DNA of 64,000 nucleotides from the human T2T-CHM13v2.0 reference genome, Homo sapiens. This document shows, in pieces, positions 13,801-28,339 of the stretch. The first letter of the stretch is position 1; every line of letters starts with the position of its first letter. Made by a program: the position numbers and the translations under genes. The DNA is taken from assembly GCF_009914755.1 (NCBI RefSeq), contig NC_060942.1. The stretch is one strand, 5' to 3'. Under the pieces are notes generated by a model, which saw nothing but the letters and a program-made list of their open reading frames with translations, was not told the origin of the DNA and did no database searches.

Positions 13801-16800
13801 AGACCTACATTTTCTCTTCCTTCACATTTTCCTAAGAAGACTCTGACAAGAAATAGTGAAACAAATTTTCCAGGTCTTCATGGATACTTTCCCAAGCAAA
13901 ACCACCTGAAAATAAGGCATCTGGAAGAATACAATGCCAAAGGCGACAGCTGACACATGCTCCGCTCCAGCCGCCCACAAGCATTTCTATAAGGATATCT
14001 CTAAGGTTGGTCACTAGGTGCCATCCTGGTTTCTTTTCAACCGCCAGAGAGATATGAACCTGGTAATTTTCCATCACCTGCTTTAGAGTGGACCAGATCT
14101 ACTGCCAATGGTGTCAATGTACCAGAAGTCTCAGAATTATTTTATAAATCAGTCTTTAAGGTCTTATAAAACAATAGATGAGAATTCCTGGCAAAATGAA
14201 CACACTGGTATCCACCTAAGTAAACCATGCCAACATAGTGTTCATTAATGATGACAATGTTCTTACAGATTTCACTTTGCCAATACACTCCCTGGGAGCT
14301 TTGAATGCTTAAAATCTGATGTGTGATTCAGCAGCTTTCATAAACTGAGACATGACTTGGTTGAGTTCTCGGATGTGAAATGTTTCAGCTTCCACCAAAG
14401 ACCATGAACCCAGCATTCACACAACATATCTCCTATCAGATATTTCACACATGGTCTTCAAAGGCATGAGGAACATTCAAGTAGATATTAGAAAAGTGAC
14501 ACTCTGCTAAAGGCAAAATGAGGTCACACAGTCATAAATTCCTTTTCTGGGCAGCTAGCCAGCTTTCTACATTGCGTTCAGTCATTACATCTCACTCCAC
14601 TTCTTGCCCTGGACAATAATTAGAGTGCTTCCTTTAATTTGCAGGTTGGTTTTCTAGATATACGTTTATATGTTCTTGGATGAACAACTGAACTCCCCAC
14701 CTTCTCTGCAAGTTTTGCTCTCCTTGTCAGCATGTGCCCCTATGAGAATGTTCTACCTGTAGCTTAAGCTGCACTGATAGTAATCAAGTGTGCTAGACCT
14801 TATGCTAGACCCTTTCTTAGCAAAACAATATAGCTCCAACAAAAGCAATTAAAATTTGCATTAGTTTTACACAGGTACCTCTGGAGAAGTATGTATAACA
14901 CGATAACAAAGGAAGACAGAAAAGTAGAGGATGAAAGGTAAAATGAAAATGCCTGAGTGATTCTAAAAATAACACTGTTCTGTATAATATGTGCCTTGAG
15001 AAGAACTTTCCATGGGAAATAAGACATATAGTAAGTTAACACCTGTTTGTGTATTCAACTGTTCAACCATTTAGGTATCTACCGTGTACCTGGCATACCA
15101 CAAAGGTACTGTGAAGAATGCAAAGATAAATGAAATATTATATTCAAGAACTTTCAGGAAAGTAGCAGATATATGTATAAGGTATCTTATATACTGAAGT
15201 GCAGACATGGTTCCAATAGAGTGCCATCAAATTTAGAAGAAAAGGCCCTTTCAACAGGCTTAGAGATCAGATACCATTTATTTCAAGCACAAAAGACATC
15301 TACTTTCTCCTAAAGAAGAAGCTAAATATGAAGGTTCAGGAAATTCTAGTCCTACTAAAAGTAATGCTTTGCAATTATTATAAATTATATATACACACTA
15401 AATATATGTATGTAAATTATAGTTTACGAAATTTCTATGGTCTGAGATATATTTAATATTCCGAATATCTGGCAACCTAGGTATTATTATCACTATTTAA
15501 ACATTTTAGGAACTGAGTTTTAGAAACAATAAAGGCAGTTTTTGAGGTTATAAGGCTGGTAAACTGTAGAGGCAAGCACTAGAATCTACCGATTCTACCT
15601 CTCCATAGCGACCCTGGAGTCTGAACACCCAAAAGAGCAATTCTAAATATTGGTGAGGCTGTAAAACCTAAGCTACATCAATACTGACTTCATATGGCCA
15701 TCCCAGAGCAAAAAGGTTTCTTCACAGGTTCGTTTGAGTTTGGATGACCTTCATACCTTATTCATTCAGACCAATTAAACTGAGTCCAATGCCAGTCTAA
15801 ATCTATTGGCTGTCATGAGATTAGTGAGTCAAGAATCACTTGAGAAACCAATCCATTCAAAAACTGCCAACTGGAGTGACCTTTCCTTGACTTAGGTCTC
15901 ACACAGATACAGAATTGTCATTCTAGATATTCTGTTGGTCCTATATGCAGCCAAAGTGGAAATCATTTGATTAAAGGCAATCAAAGGAAGTTAAGAAGCA
16001 GTGATTTGGAATTGATTCCAATATTGAATAAATTATAAAAGACAATAGGATCTGCCTGCCTCTTCAATCCCATCTACATCTACTTTATATGGAATATAAT
16101 CGATTTGCTCAAGATTCAGTACTGACTTCATATGGCCATCCCAGAGCAAAAACTTGATTGGGGCAGCGGTCTTCATAAAAGGGTTGAATATCACTTATTT
16201 TTCTCAAATCTCCACTGCTATAATCACTGCTGTGCAGCCACAAGTGGATTTCTAGGCATCTTAATTTCTAACAGAAGTCTGCATGAACTTAGTTGAATGT
16301 AAAAAAAAAAATCCGGGCAATAATCTTGTGAACATTTTATCATCATGCTTTATTATATTCAGGCAAATGGCTGAATTAAAAGTATAGTATGGATTAATAA
16401 TTTCCAGAGGAAACCTATTGATAAAATCCTCCATGTAAAGGTAAGAGAAAGACTTTTAAATGTATAAACAAATTTACATATAACATTTAACATGGTTTTA
16501 CATGCCAGTAAAGAATCACTTGTCTTACTGAGTAAGTGATGCATTGACGTCTCAAGATTTAATTGTCTCCACTTAGATCAGGCCAAGGACTTTACAGGGT
16601 AAACAAGAATGTGTCTTGGATGCTGCTCTGTACTACTTTGTAAAAATTACATTTTCCACTTGGTTATTTCAAGTATATCTGAAACATTATTGACGTTTAC
16701 ATCTCGTCACTAAAATCTGATATTAGTTATAATCTTTTGTTCAGTTGATTTACTTGGATTTTCTGGTGAGACAATCACATAAACTGTAAATATTTTTCTC

Positions 16801-16850
16801 TTCCTTTCCAATGTTTAAAATTGAATTTCCTTTTTTGTCTTATTACATTA

Positions 16851-17207
<357 letters not shown>

Positions 17208-17229
17208 AAAACACTAGCAACAGCTGCAG

Positions 17230-17450
17230 GACACTTACATGATGTTTAGTATAAGCCAGTGTGTTAGCTATAACTCTTCTAAAGTATGTTAGTTACAAAT
17301 TTATTTAATCCTCATGACAGATATCTATGAGATAAGTATTATTATCCTAATTTTAGAAATAATGAAACTGAGGCACAAAAAACGTTAGGCAACATATATA
17401 AGACCACACGGCCACTAAGGAGTTGACCAGGACAATGAACCTCCTCTTTA
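17230..17450 (-). mobile_element. MIR
   Basis: TTTAATCCTCATGACA...ATTATTATCCTAATTTTAGAAATAATGAAACTGAGGCAC core. Confidence 0.7.
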
Positions 17451-17775
17451 CACTGTCATTTTGGCAGAGTATTTACAGAGTATTGAGTTGGGAAGAAAAC
17501 CCCAAGGTGTTAGGCCACAGAAGAGAAGAAATTAAAATGTGAACCCTTATCTTATTCCTGATTCTAATTGGATCAGTACTATATTGTTGTTGCTTTAAGC
17601 CATAAGGAAGAAGGGGATGAACTTGAGTCTCCGCCAGGCATCACAGAGAACGTGTTCCAAGGTGGTTCCTACCACCTGGACATCTCAGAGCCTGTGTCAT
17701 CCAAGGTCTAGCATTCTTATTGGGCGAGTGAGGCACTACCCAGCTGCCAAACGTGAAGACAGTGGTGTAAGGTGA

Positions 17776-18173
<398 letters not shown>

Positions 18174-18320
18174 AGAAGATTATTTCTTAATGGTTCCTGC
18201 AAGAGGTCAAATGCATCAAATGATTTTCCTTCTACCACCTCACAAAAGACTATTCACTTACTGGATGAGGAAAGCAGGCTTTGGGATCTCAGCCAAGATC
18301 CCAAAGATCACTTACTATAT

Positions 18321-18323
<3 letters not shown>

Positions 18324-18371
<48 letters not shown>
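18324..18371. repeat. (TG)20(CG)4 alternating purine-pyrimidine tract
   Basis: Read directly. Confidence 0.95.
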
Positions 18372-18508
18372 GGCGCTTTGGAGGAGGGCAGGGTTGAGGT
18401 GAAGTGAAGTGATAAATGCCAGGAATTCTGTAGTTCAGTTTAAATCTCTTCATTCTTTAAGTTCTATAGTTGTCTGTTCTTTCAATCTACATATTGGGTT
18501 TTTGATCA

Positions 18509-19001
<493 letters not shown>

Positions 19002-19319
19002 TTAAAGGTAAAGGAAAGATGAAAAAACAAATGCTTTCTCATATCCAAGAGTGTGCCATCCTTCTCTTCCTGACTCATACAGCCTGCCTCTGAGTCTCCT
19101 CAGCAGACTCAGGGAACAACAGAATGTACTATTTGCTATTTCCACTTTACTTATGCAATTTGCTAGTCACGAAAGGCCATTCCCATCTGCTGCCAAAGGG
19201 TTATCTCTAAAACACAAATATTGTATCATGGGAGTGAGCTCACTGCTTACGGGAGACAGATCAAATTCAAAAGGTTCCTAATCACTCTGCCACCTGGCCT
19301 CCTGAGGCAGGCTGTACGT

Positions 19320-19530
19320 TGAGTGCTTAGCTCTCCAACTGGGCGGCTCTGGGTTTGAATCTCAACTTCACCACCTGTAGATGGTAGGACCTTGGCTAAG
19401 GTCCCAAAGCCTGCTTTCCTCATCCAGAAAAGGACAGTTTCTATATTAAATGAGATAACAGCAGTGTATAAAAGCCCTGGCCCAGATACTGCATGAGAGG
19501 TGCTCCCAGAGTACTTACTATTATGTGTCT
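19320..19530 (+). mobile_element. MIR
   Basis: CTGGGTTTGAATCTCAACTTCACCAC...GACCTTGGCTAAG...TTTCCTCATC...TTAAATGAGATAA. Confidence 0.7.
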
Positions 19531-19719
19531 TAACTGCCACACTGCCTCGTCACCAGTTGTCCCCTCTTCACTCACTGCTCAGCATCTAGTAGATCTTCAA
19601 TTATTCAGTTAATATCTGAATAGATCCACGGACCTGCAGCAACAATATTTCAATGGAGTCTCTCCTTCCTAGACTTGGACTTTCTATGACGTTGCCCAAA
19701 CTTAAAAATGCTGGGAAGG

Positions 19720-20026
19720 GGCCAGGCACGATGGCTCATGCCTGTAATCCCAGCACTTTGGGAGGCCGGGGGGGGTGGGGGGCGGGGTGGATCATGAGGT
19801 CAGGAGTTCAAGACCAGCCTGACCAATGTGGTGAAATCCCATCTCTACTAAAATACAAAAATTAGCTGGGCGTGGTGGTGTGCGCCTGTAGTCCCAGCTA
19901 CTCAGGAGGCTGAGGCAAGGAAAATCGCTTGAACCCAGGAGACAGAGGTTGCAGTGAGCCAAGATCACACCACTGTACTCCAGCCTGGGTGACAGAACGA
20001 GACTTGGTCTTTAAAAAAAAAAAAAA
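19720..20026 (+). mobile_element. AluS with expanded G-tracts in the left arm
   Basis: Full dimer; GGGAGGCC-G8-T-G6-C-G4-TGG replaces the consensus GGGAGGCCGAGGCGGGCGG. Confidence 0.93.
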
Positions 20027-20487
20027 TCGTTGGGAATGGAAGAGAATTAGCGATAGAAGAGAAATGGAAAATACACTTGGGGGGCTGAGGAAGCTGAGTT
20101 AGGGAGTCCCAAATCTTGACCTCACACAGATACATGTGAAAATTTTAATTTCAACACCATTTAAAAATCACATGTCATGTAGATGCATACTGCTATGAAA
20201 CAGGGAGACCAGGTTTGTAATGTTGTTTTAATTCCTTAAAAATCTATTTATTCTAGGCACTTACAGATACACCCTTTTTTAAAATAAAGGAAGAAGGGCC
20301 AGGATAGTTCTGGAAAATAAACAAAGCTTTGCAACTAAAGGGATTGCTCCATTGCTCCCCCCTGAATTTTTCCGCCATGACACGCATGGTTGCTATCAGT
20401 TTCACACAGTGTGTACAGAAAGTAATGTCGATTAATAATCTGTGGAACATTTTTCTATAAGTCTGAGCAATGACTGGTTATGATTTA

Positions 20488-20808
<321 letters not shown>

Positions 20809-20919
20809 AGAAATCAAGTCTGGTAGCCTCTGTCTGTCCAAAAAGTGAGAGTTTTTGCTAATGGAGCAGAAAATAAAACTGATTACCAATAATAAAGGTA
20901 TTAACAATTATAAAATATC

Positions 20920-21133
20920 TGGGTTTTCCAACTTGGCACCACTGACATTTTGGGCTGGGTGATTCTTTGTCACAGAAGCTGTCCTGTGCAGTGCAGGATG
21001 TTCAGCAACTTCCTTGGCTTCTGCCCACCAGATTTCATTATCTTCCCAACCTCCTATTGTGACCACCAAAAATGTCTCTAGATGGCGCTGGGGTAGGGAA
21101 GTGGGTGCAAACTTTCAACTTTGTTGAGAATTG
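20920..21133 (+). mobile_element. MER20 (hAT-Charlie non-autonomous DNA transposon)
   Basis: CTTGGCACCACTGACATTTTGGGCTGGGTGATTCTTTGT...GTCCTGTGCA...GTGACCACCAAAAATGTCTCTAGA...GTTGAGAA. Confidence 0.8.
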
Positions 21134-22429
21134 TTTTTCTTAAATAAGGAGGTAAGAGAGTTAAAAACTGTGACAAATTCCTTAATAGATGTTTTGATCC
21201 TAACAAGTCAACCTACCAAACACATATTCTCCCACACAGATGAATTTGTCATAGTACTGAAAATATACAGCCAGAATATTTCATTCATCAGACTTTTCTA
21301 GATTTTTATATATAGAACAAAGAATTCCTCCTACTAGATGCAGAAAACAAGTAATTGCCAAATATACGTAAAACTATCAAATCTTTATGGTATCAATCTT
21401 TTAGAGCCTGAGACTTTTGTGCACCATTTTTCTCCATCACATAATCTTTTACTCCAAATACACTTCTCTGTGGAACTCCTATCTCTTACATATCTGGCAA
21501 GCCCAAGAACTAAAAGGACATTCTTGCCATCTAGAGGTCCAATATCTGACAAGATAGGAAACATCTCTGCTAGAAAGCCCTGAGAGTCCCAAAAGATAAC
21601 AAAGAGGTTTTTTGTTGTTGTTGTTTTCTTACTCTATTTCTTATTAGGAAGAACCTGAAAAATTCTTCCTTTAATAATAAACAGAGTAAGAAAAAGTGTG
21701 CAAAAGCAAGTGCCTGTGCTAAGAAGGTTAATTTTAAAAAATGTTTCCTTAAAAGCTAGGGGAAAAAGTTTTAAAAATTTCTCAGAATTATCTTTTGCTC
21801 CCTTTTCCTCATTCCTCTTACCTAAGTATCGTTTTTTTCCTCTTGAACATCTCCCTCCCAGCCTAGATCAGGTGTTCATTATCTTTTATCAGGTCTATCT
21901 TAAAAACTTCCTAACTAGTTCTTCTACCTGCAATTTCTCACCATCTTCTCATCCTCCACTCCTGACCAATTTAACTCACCTGCAGGGGAGGGAGGACACT
22001 TGCCTTCACTTAATCTTTCTAAAAAGCAGATTCTGGGAGGAACTCCCCAGGGCACAGAGATTATAGTTCCCATTATTCAGTCTGGAATTTGCTCCAAACT
22101 AGGTTTCTAACTTCATCTCCTAAATACTCCTTCCCCTCTATCCCAGAGCCATTTGTTACCTTCAGGAATGGTGCCTGGTACTTTATCTAGAACGCCCTTA
22201 ACCTCGTTCACCTGAAGGCCTCCCACTCCTAGACAGCTGTCAGAACTACCTACTCAACAATTCCATGGCATTTTGCTTGCACCTGTTAGAGCACTCACAA
22301 TCACCATTCCTGGTCAATGTCTCAGAGCTGTACCTGCCTGACTGGAGGGAATTAAGAGACCTGACTTGTTCTCCAGGTAGTTCTCAGGCATCTTTGATGT
22401 TTCTCCTTTAAAGAAGAATCCATTTCAGT

Positions 22430-22990
22430 TGGGTTAAAATTATTTATTGAGTCCTTAAACTATTCAAGGCTGTGTTAGATGCTGTATGAGATAGGACTGT
22501 CCTCAAGGAGCCTTTAGTGGTGGGAAGAGTGACAGCAAGACAAACAGTCATGGGTGCAAATTGTTACAGGGATTCTGAAGGGGAAGGATCTACCTGGTGA
22601 GAAAGATTAGGAAAAGCTTCTTGAAGAAGGTGGTAAAAATGAGGCCGGATTTCACTATTCTTCTTCTTGAGGAAGGTGGTGGTGGTTGGGGCAGGATTTC
22701 TCTATTGGGTGGTGGCTATGAGGTGTGAGCCCTCCAAGCAGTAGACACAGGCGGGAACAAGGCAGGGCAAAGCCTACCTGAGCAACAACCAACAACCTGG
22801 TGTGGCGAGTGCCTGCTGGGTTGTCTGCTGGAGGATGATGCTTGTAGTCAAAGGAACACCAGACCTCAAAAAGGCCCAGCGTTAGACCAGAGTTTATACT
22901 CACGTGGGAAACATCTCTGAAAACTCCTGGCTAGCTGGTAAAATAACAGAGCTGTACTTGAAAAAAATAATAATCTGACAGTAACATAGA
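22430..22990 (-). mobile_element. L2 fragment
   Basis: TATTTATTGAGTCC...CCTCAAGGAGCCTTTAGTGGTGGG...GGAAAAGCTTCTTGAAGAAGGTG; boundaries approximate. Confidence 0.6.
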
Positions 22991-24769
22991 TGACTGATTG
23001 GAGGAGGAAAGGGAGGCACCTTGCTCTTTAGAGCAAGGGAGACACAGTCACTGTAGGCTGGAAAGGAGGAGCAGTTTTGATAGGAATTGTGTGGAAAGAG
23101 GATCAACAAGACTCGCTGCATAATTACTCTGTGGGTCAGGAGGAAAGGACCCTAGGTGGACAGAGAACTGGGACTCCCACACGAGGGGACCAGTTTTATT
23201 AAAGGAAAAGAGTTGGGACTATAAAATGTTATGAAGGTCTATAAGAAAAAATGTAATTGCCACTGAGAAACGTATGGAATGTAGAAGGCATGAATGGAAA
23301 AACGGAATCTTTCTCATGTCTATGTGTCTACTGCATTTGGTTTACCTACAATGATTTTTAACATCTAAAAAATAAAAGCTCTGTGTTTATTTTGCTTGTC
23401 TCACACTCACGCATTGGCTTGACTCACTATTAGGGACAAACCCTACGGTGTTCTGTAAACCAGTTCTAACATGTTGGAGGCCCTGTGTAATGTATACCTC
23501 ACCAAAAATCAACACAGACACGTCTGAATCATCTACCCTCTTGCTCCAGATATCAGAAAAGTTCACATGGTACACATAGTTTTGTTGTTTTCCTGTTGCA
23601 GTACACTCAACAACTACAGAAATGGGTCAGGGTTAACAGAAAGCCAGCACAAGACTTCCCTGGATAGTGACTCACAAAGGCAAGTGATTCCAAGCCTAAG
23701 AAATGGAGCAGAGTGACTTCAATTCAGGAAGTTTTGCTAGCACTGCAATCAGTTTTGGAACCCATGAAGTCTGTTTTCCACAAATAGAAAAAGCTCAAAG
23801 AAATTCCTAAAAAAGAACCTTTTAAAAGGTCACACTACTTCTTAGAGGTACAAATCCAATATGGAAATCAAATTATGAAGTGAGACAAGCACTTTCCCAC
23901 CCATGCTATAAACACTCCATTAACAGTGTGGTCACAGGCAGCTTGTTTAAACTTTCCACCTGATGTTAATCATATTATCTCATAGGTTAAATTATATTTG
24001 AACTGGCGTTAGCCCTTTCAAGTAACCAACTTTCCACTGAGTACCTAAATGTAAGTATAAAGAAATGGAAAACAGTAGCCTAGGAGTTTTGAACCCCATC
24101 CCTGTTTTGTGCTACAATTTTTGTGGGTTTTTTTTTAATACTATACTTTCTGTTTGTAGATTCAGTAAATAATTTGCAAGGATTCTGAGTAAACAGGCTG
24201 AAATGTGAAAATAGCAATCAAAGGACTCTAAAATTTTTAGAGCTTTACTAGCATTTATAGAGCAATCTAGAAAAGCCACATAGTATGACACCAAATAATT
24301 CTGCAATGTATTTGCTCATATTCTCCCTTTCCATATCTCTCATAAAGCTCTTATTTTAAGAAAATAATTTTTTTAAAAGTTCCTTTATTTCCAAGTTTTA
24401 CATACACCTATCCAAACTTTACCCCCCTTTAATAATTAAATCACTACCATCAACTGGGTCAGTCGCTAGAAACCAGCCACAGCTGGGAGCAATCAGGTTT
24501 CCATAAGAAGCCATGAGCTGGAAGCTTCTACCACATGGTGAAAACAACATCATTTCTTCCTGAATTCACCCTTCACTGTGTTGTTGCCACAAACATTTAA
24601 CACTGGAACAAAACGACCCAGTGAAAGATGAACTTTCACCCCTAGAAAAATTAATTAAGACTGTAAATAGGATTCAAGGATGGAGGCAGAGTGGTTTTGA
24701 TAAAAATGCCATATAAGAGTTCAACTATACAATTTATTTTGCCACTGGTGGTTGTGCTGAGTCAATTTT

Positions 24770-25060
24770 TTCCTTTTTATTACAATAATTCCCAAACACA
24801 TGGAAAATTCGGGTAATGAACACCCATATACCTTTTACCTAGATTTAACAACTTAGTTTGCCAGAGTCATCTATTTTTTATGTCCACTTTTGCTCGAGCA
24901 TTTTATAATCACATTTCACCCTTAAATAATTCAGTATGTCTCCCTAAAAAGTGAGGATATTTTCCCTCATACTATAATACATTGATTACAAATAACAAAC
25001 TCACAATAATTCCCTAATCATCTCATCATGAAATCCATTCATATTCAAATTTCCTTGAGT
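24770..25060 (-). mobile_element. old L1M (L1MC/ME-like) 3' fragment
   Basis: AATGAACACCCATATACC...CATTTCACCCTTAAATAATTCAGTATG...CAATAATTCCCTAAT...CATATTCAAATTTCC. Confidence 0.6.
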
Positions 25061-26039
25061 TATTATTAAGCAATGTGAAGTAGGACTAGAAAGCTATACT
25101 GAAGATTGGTGACAATCTTCAATCCATTCTTGTAGCAAAGACACTTAGATAATCTCTTCATCTTTGTTTTGAGTTAAAATATGAGTGTGAATACCAATGT
25201 GTGAAAGATACATTTACCCTCTATCTGACCACAAAAACTATGTTACAGCAGCTATGAAATTTAAGTAATGGAGAGAGGAAGAGAATAACATTTTTGACTC
25301 TTGAGGAAAAAAATGGTAGAGACAATTTCCTAGACAGCAGACTAATATACTACTTAATTACTTTCTCTCTTTTTCCTTTTCTGAATCATTTCCCTTAGTC
25401 TAGAAAGATTTCTCAGATTCCATTATACTTAAAAATATGAAATACTGGAGAGCTGATTTCACTCCTATGTCCTCTTTCTTGGCTTCCCTTTTTTTTTTTA
25501 AATAAAATTTTTATATTTACTTTGCTCCCCCCAAATCAAATGTCACTGGTTTCCCTTTAGTACAAAATATCTTGGCAAAAATAGTTGATCCTTCCTTGCT
25601 GTCTACCTTTCACTCATTTTTAACTCTCTTTTGTAATCTAATTTTCCTCAGTTTCCTTACTTGAAACTGCCCTGTTGAACATCACCCATTTCCTTCTTCA
25701 ACACTTAAAAGACTCTTTCCCCAGGCCTCCTGCCTCTGATCTGATCACCCCCCTAGGCCCAGCAGCTGTCCCCTCTGAGGCTCCAGGGGCTCCCCTGGAA
25801 TCTCTTCCCAGAAATTTACTGAGCAAGGGGAATGTCACCTGTATGCAGATGACTTGTAAATCTGAAAAAGTCAAGTCTTATATATCTACTTAATTTTTTC
25901 CTAGAGTCAGAATACAAGTAGGGAGCTACTGTGAAAGGAAGAAAAGTGAAAGCTTTACCCAGCTTATTGGCTAATTCTAACAGATCTCTCCTCTCTAGGA
26001 TGACTTCCAAGTAAAAGTGCCTCCTAGCACTTTCCAGGG

Positions 26040-26280
26040 AATAGTGGAGACGGGGGCAGGCTCTGAAGCCACATATCCTGGGTTCAAATCACACTTATTA
26101 ACTGTGTATTATTACAAACACTTAACATCTCTAAACCTCAGCTTGTACTTGTATGAAATATAGATAATAGCACCCATTTCATGAGTTTGTTGTGAAAGTC
26201 ACATGAAAAAATAAAAGTAAAATGCTGAGTTAACGAAGTGCCCAAGAAATGGTAAGCACTAAATAAATTTTAGTTATTGT
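26040..26280 (+). mobile_element. MIR
   Basis: GGCTCTGAAGCCAC...CCTGGGTTCAAATC...CTCTAAACCTCAG...GGTAAGCACTAAATAAAT. Confidence 0.75.
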
Positions 26281-28339
26281 TAACTATAACCTAAAAATTC
26301 AGTCATCAAAAATGGTTATTTTTTAGATCTATAACATTTCTTAATGGCAAAAAATGGCTGAGATAAATGTTCCTCAGCATACTTTATTAGTTCTGAGGAC
26401 TTTTGAAAAGAAAGTTTGGTTATTTTCCATTTCGTCACATAAGCTTTATCCCATATAACAGGGAAAGTACACAAAGTGTTGTTCAACACTAGTAGTTACT
26501 TTTATAAATGGATGATTCATGCTAATTAAACTTGCAACCCAGGAGAATAAAATTAGCTTGTTTCAACATTTCCTTTTGTTCAGTAATTACAATTCAAGGT
26601 TATGTTAGATGCCACATTACTATAATTTTGCCCAAGAGACAAACACTGCACATCCTACACTTTTAAAAACAGGCACTGCTGATATAAATCCAGGTGCTTG
26701 CTGAATAAGGGCCTTGAAAACTGCATAAGCAATTCTTACCCATCTTCTGCTCAAGTGTCACTTACTTCTGTACATATTACAACTAGGAGGGAAAGTACTG
26801 AGATCATTTTAGCTTGTTACAGATTCACCAGATTTGCAGGAGGATGAGAATTTAAAAATAGAAGCCAAACGCGGCTGGAGTTTATCTCAGATGCTTATGT
26901 TCAAGTAGCAATCTGTTCATCCATGATGACAGTATCTGTTCATCCATGATGACAGCAAGCTTGCCACGGAATGCTATAAATTTTCATAAACCCACTCAGA
27001 ATTCCATTACTTCGCAAATTGGCAGACCACTGATATATAGACACTTCATGTTCTGATCCATTTGGTTTCTCAAAGCTGTCTCTTGCTAGAGTTTTCTTTG
27101 TTGTTTTTCATGACAGAGGGGAGTGAGAGGAGATACCATTGATTTTGTATTACTCACGTGCCAGCACTGTGCTGAGCCATTTACGCAAGTTAGATCTCTG
27201 AGAATCTGAACAACATTTTTCTACAGTAGATCTCCATTTTATAGAGTGGAGACTTGGAGCTCAGGAGGGCAAATAAAATTCCAAAGAGAATGGCATATCT
27301 AGGCTTTCGTGGGGCTTGGGGTTTATATTCTTTTTTTTTTAAAAAAAAATCACATTATGCATACTAAGTTAGGTTTCAGGCCCTAGAAAGGGTCAGCATA
27401 AACAAGGGCCCCGAGACACCAGCTTTAGGTAACCAACTGGGGATCTGCTTGACTGGTCATGCTGAGCTGCAGAGACAAAAGGAATTTGATGAATAGATAC
27501 ATTAATTGTAGAATAAAAACCATTCAACTTCAGAAATTCCTGGCTAGAATTAAGTTGCTAGGTTAAAAAAATTTAATATTTGCTTTTGTTTAATAAGTCA
27601 GGGTAAAAGAGTGGGAAGAAGAGTGGGTGTGCAGGTTGAGCTAGCAATGTCTGACACAGGTCCAGGCAGTTTGGAATTAATGTTCTGAGTATACAGAATG
27701 CAGAAAAAATCTTGAGTTCTGTATTGTACATTTCGTAGGAAAGGTTTGCCCCTTTGGTAGCAATGTGAAGTAGGAAAGTTCAGATTACATTTATCTGTGA
27801 TGTCTTTTGAATACAATTTGTACGAATGTGACAATCTCTTTTCTAAACACTATGTCAATTTTTCTTAAGTGGGTTCTCTATTATTAGCAAAATACGTGAT
27901 GTTGACTGGACACATTCTCTCAGGATCAATTATTTGGTATACCAAGAAAACACCTTTTGTCTAAAACTTATTTTGCCAGAATAGGGAATGTCTTTATTTT
28001 CCCAAAGCACATCTAGATAATTTCAGAATTCAGAATAAGGAGATTCTTGTCACCACCATTTCAGTGTGAGGTTCTCATAAGAACCACAGAAGTCATAGTT
28101 ACCTTTTTTCAAAGTTTTATGAAATTATTTTTCATATTAAGAATTTCATGAAAATCTCTGATGTAACACATATCTTTAAAACGCTGAGTTTTATTGCTTT
28201 CCAAAATATGCATGAATGGAGCTGTGGCCTATGGCTGCCCAGGCTGTGCACTGCCCAACTCCAAGGGACTCTCTTACCAAAGATCACAAAGTAAGGGGTA
28301 CTACTTGGAATAGGAGAGTGTAGGAGCCTTGACCAAAGG

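Noticed and set aside
15678-16152. 37-bp direct repeats as a CRISPR-like array
   Set aside because: Only two copies, a 400-bp spacer, eukaryotic context and no cas genes.
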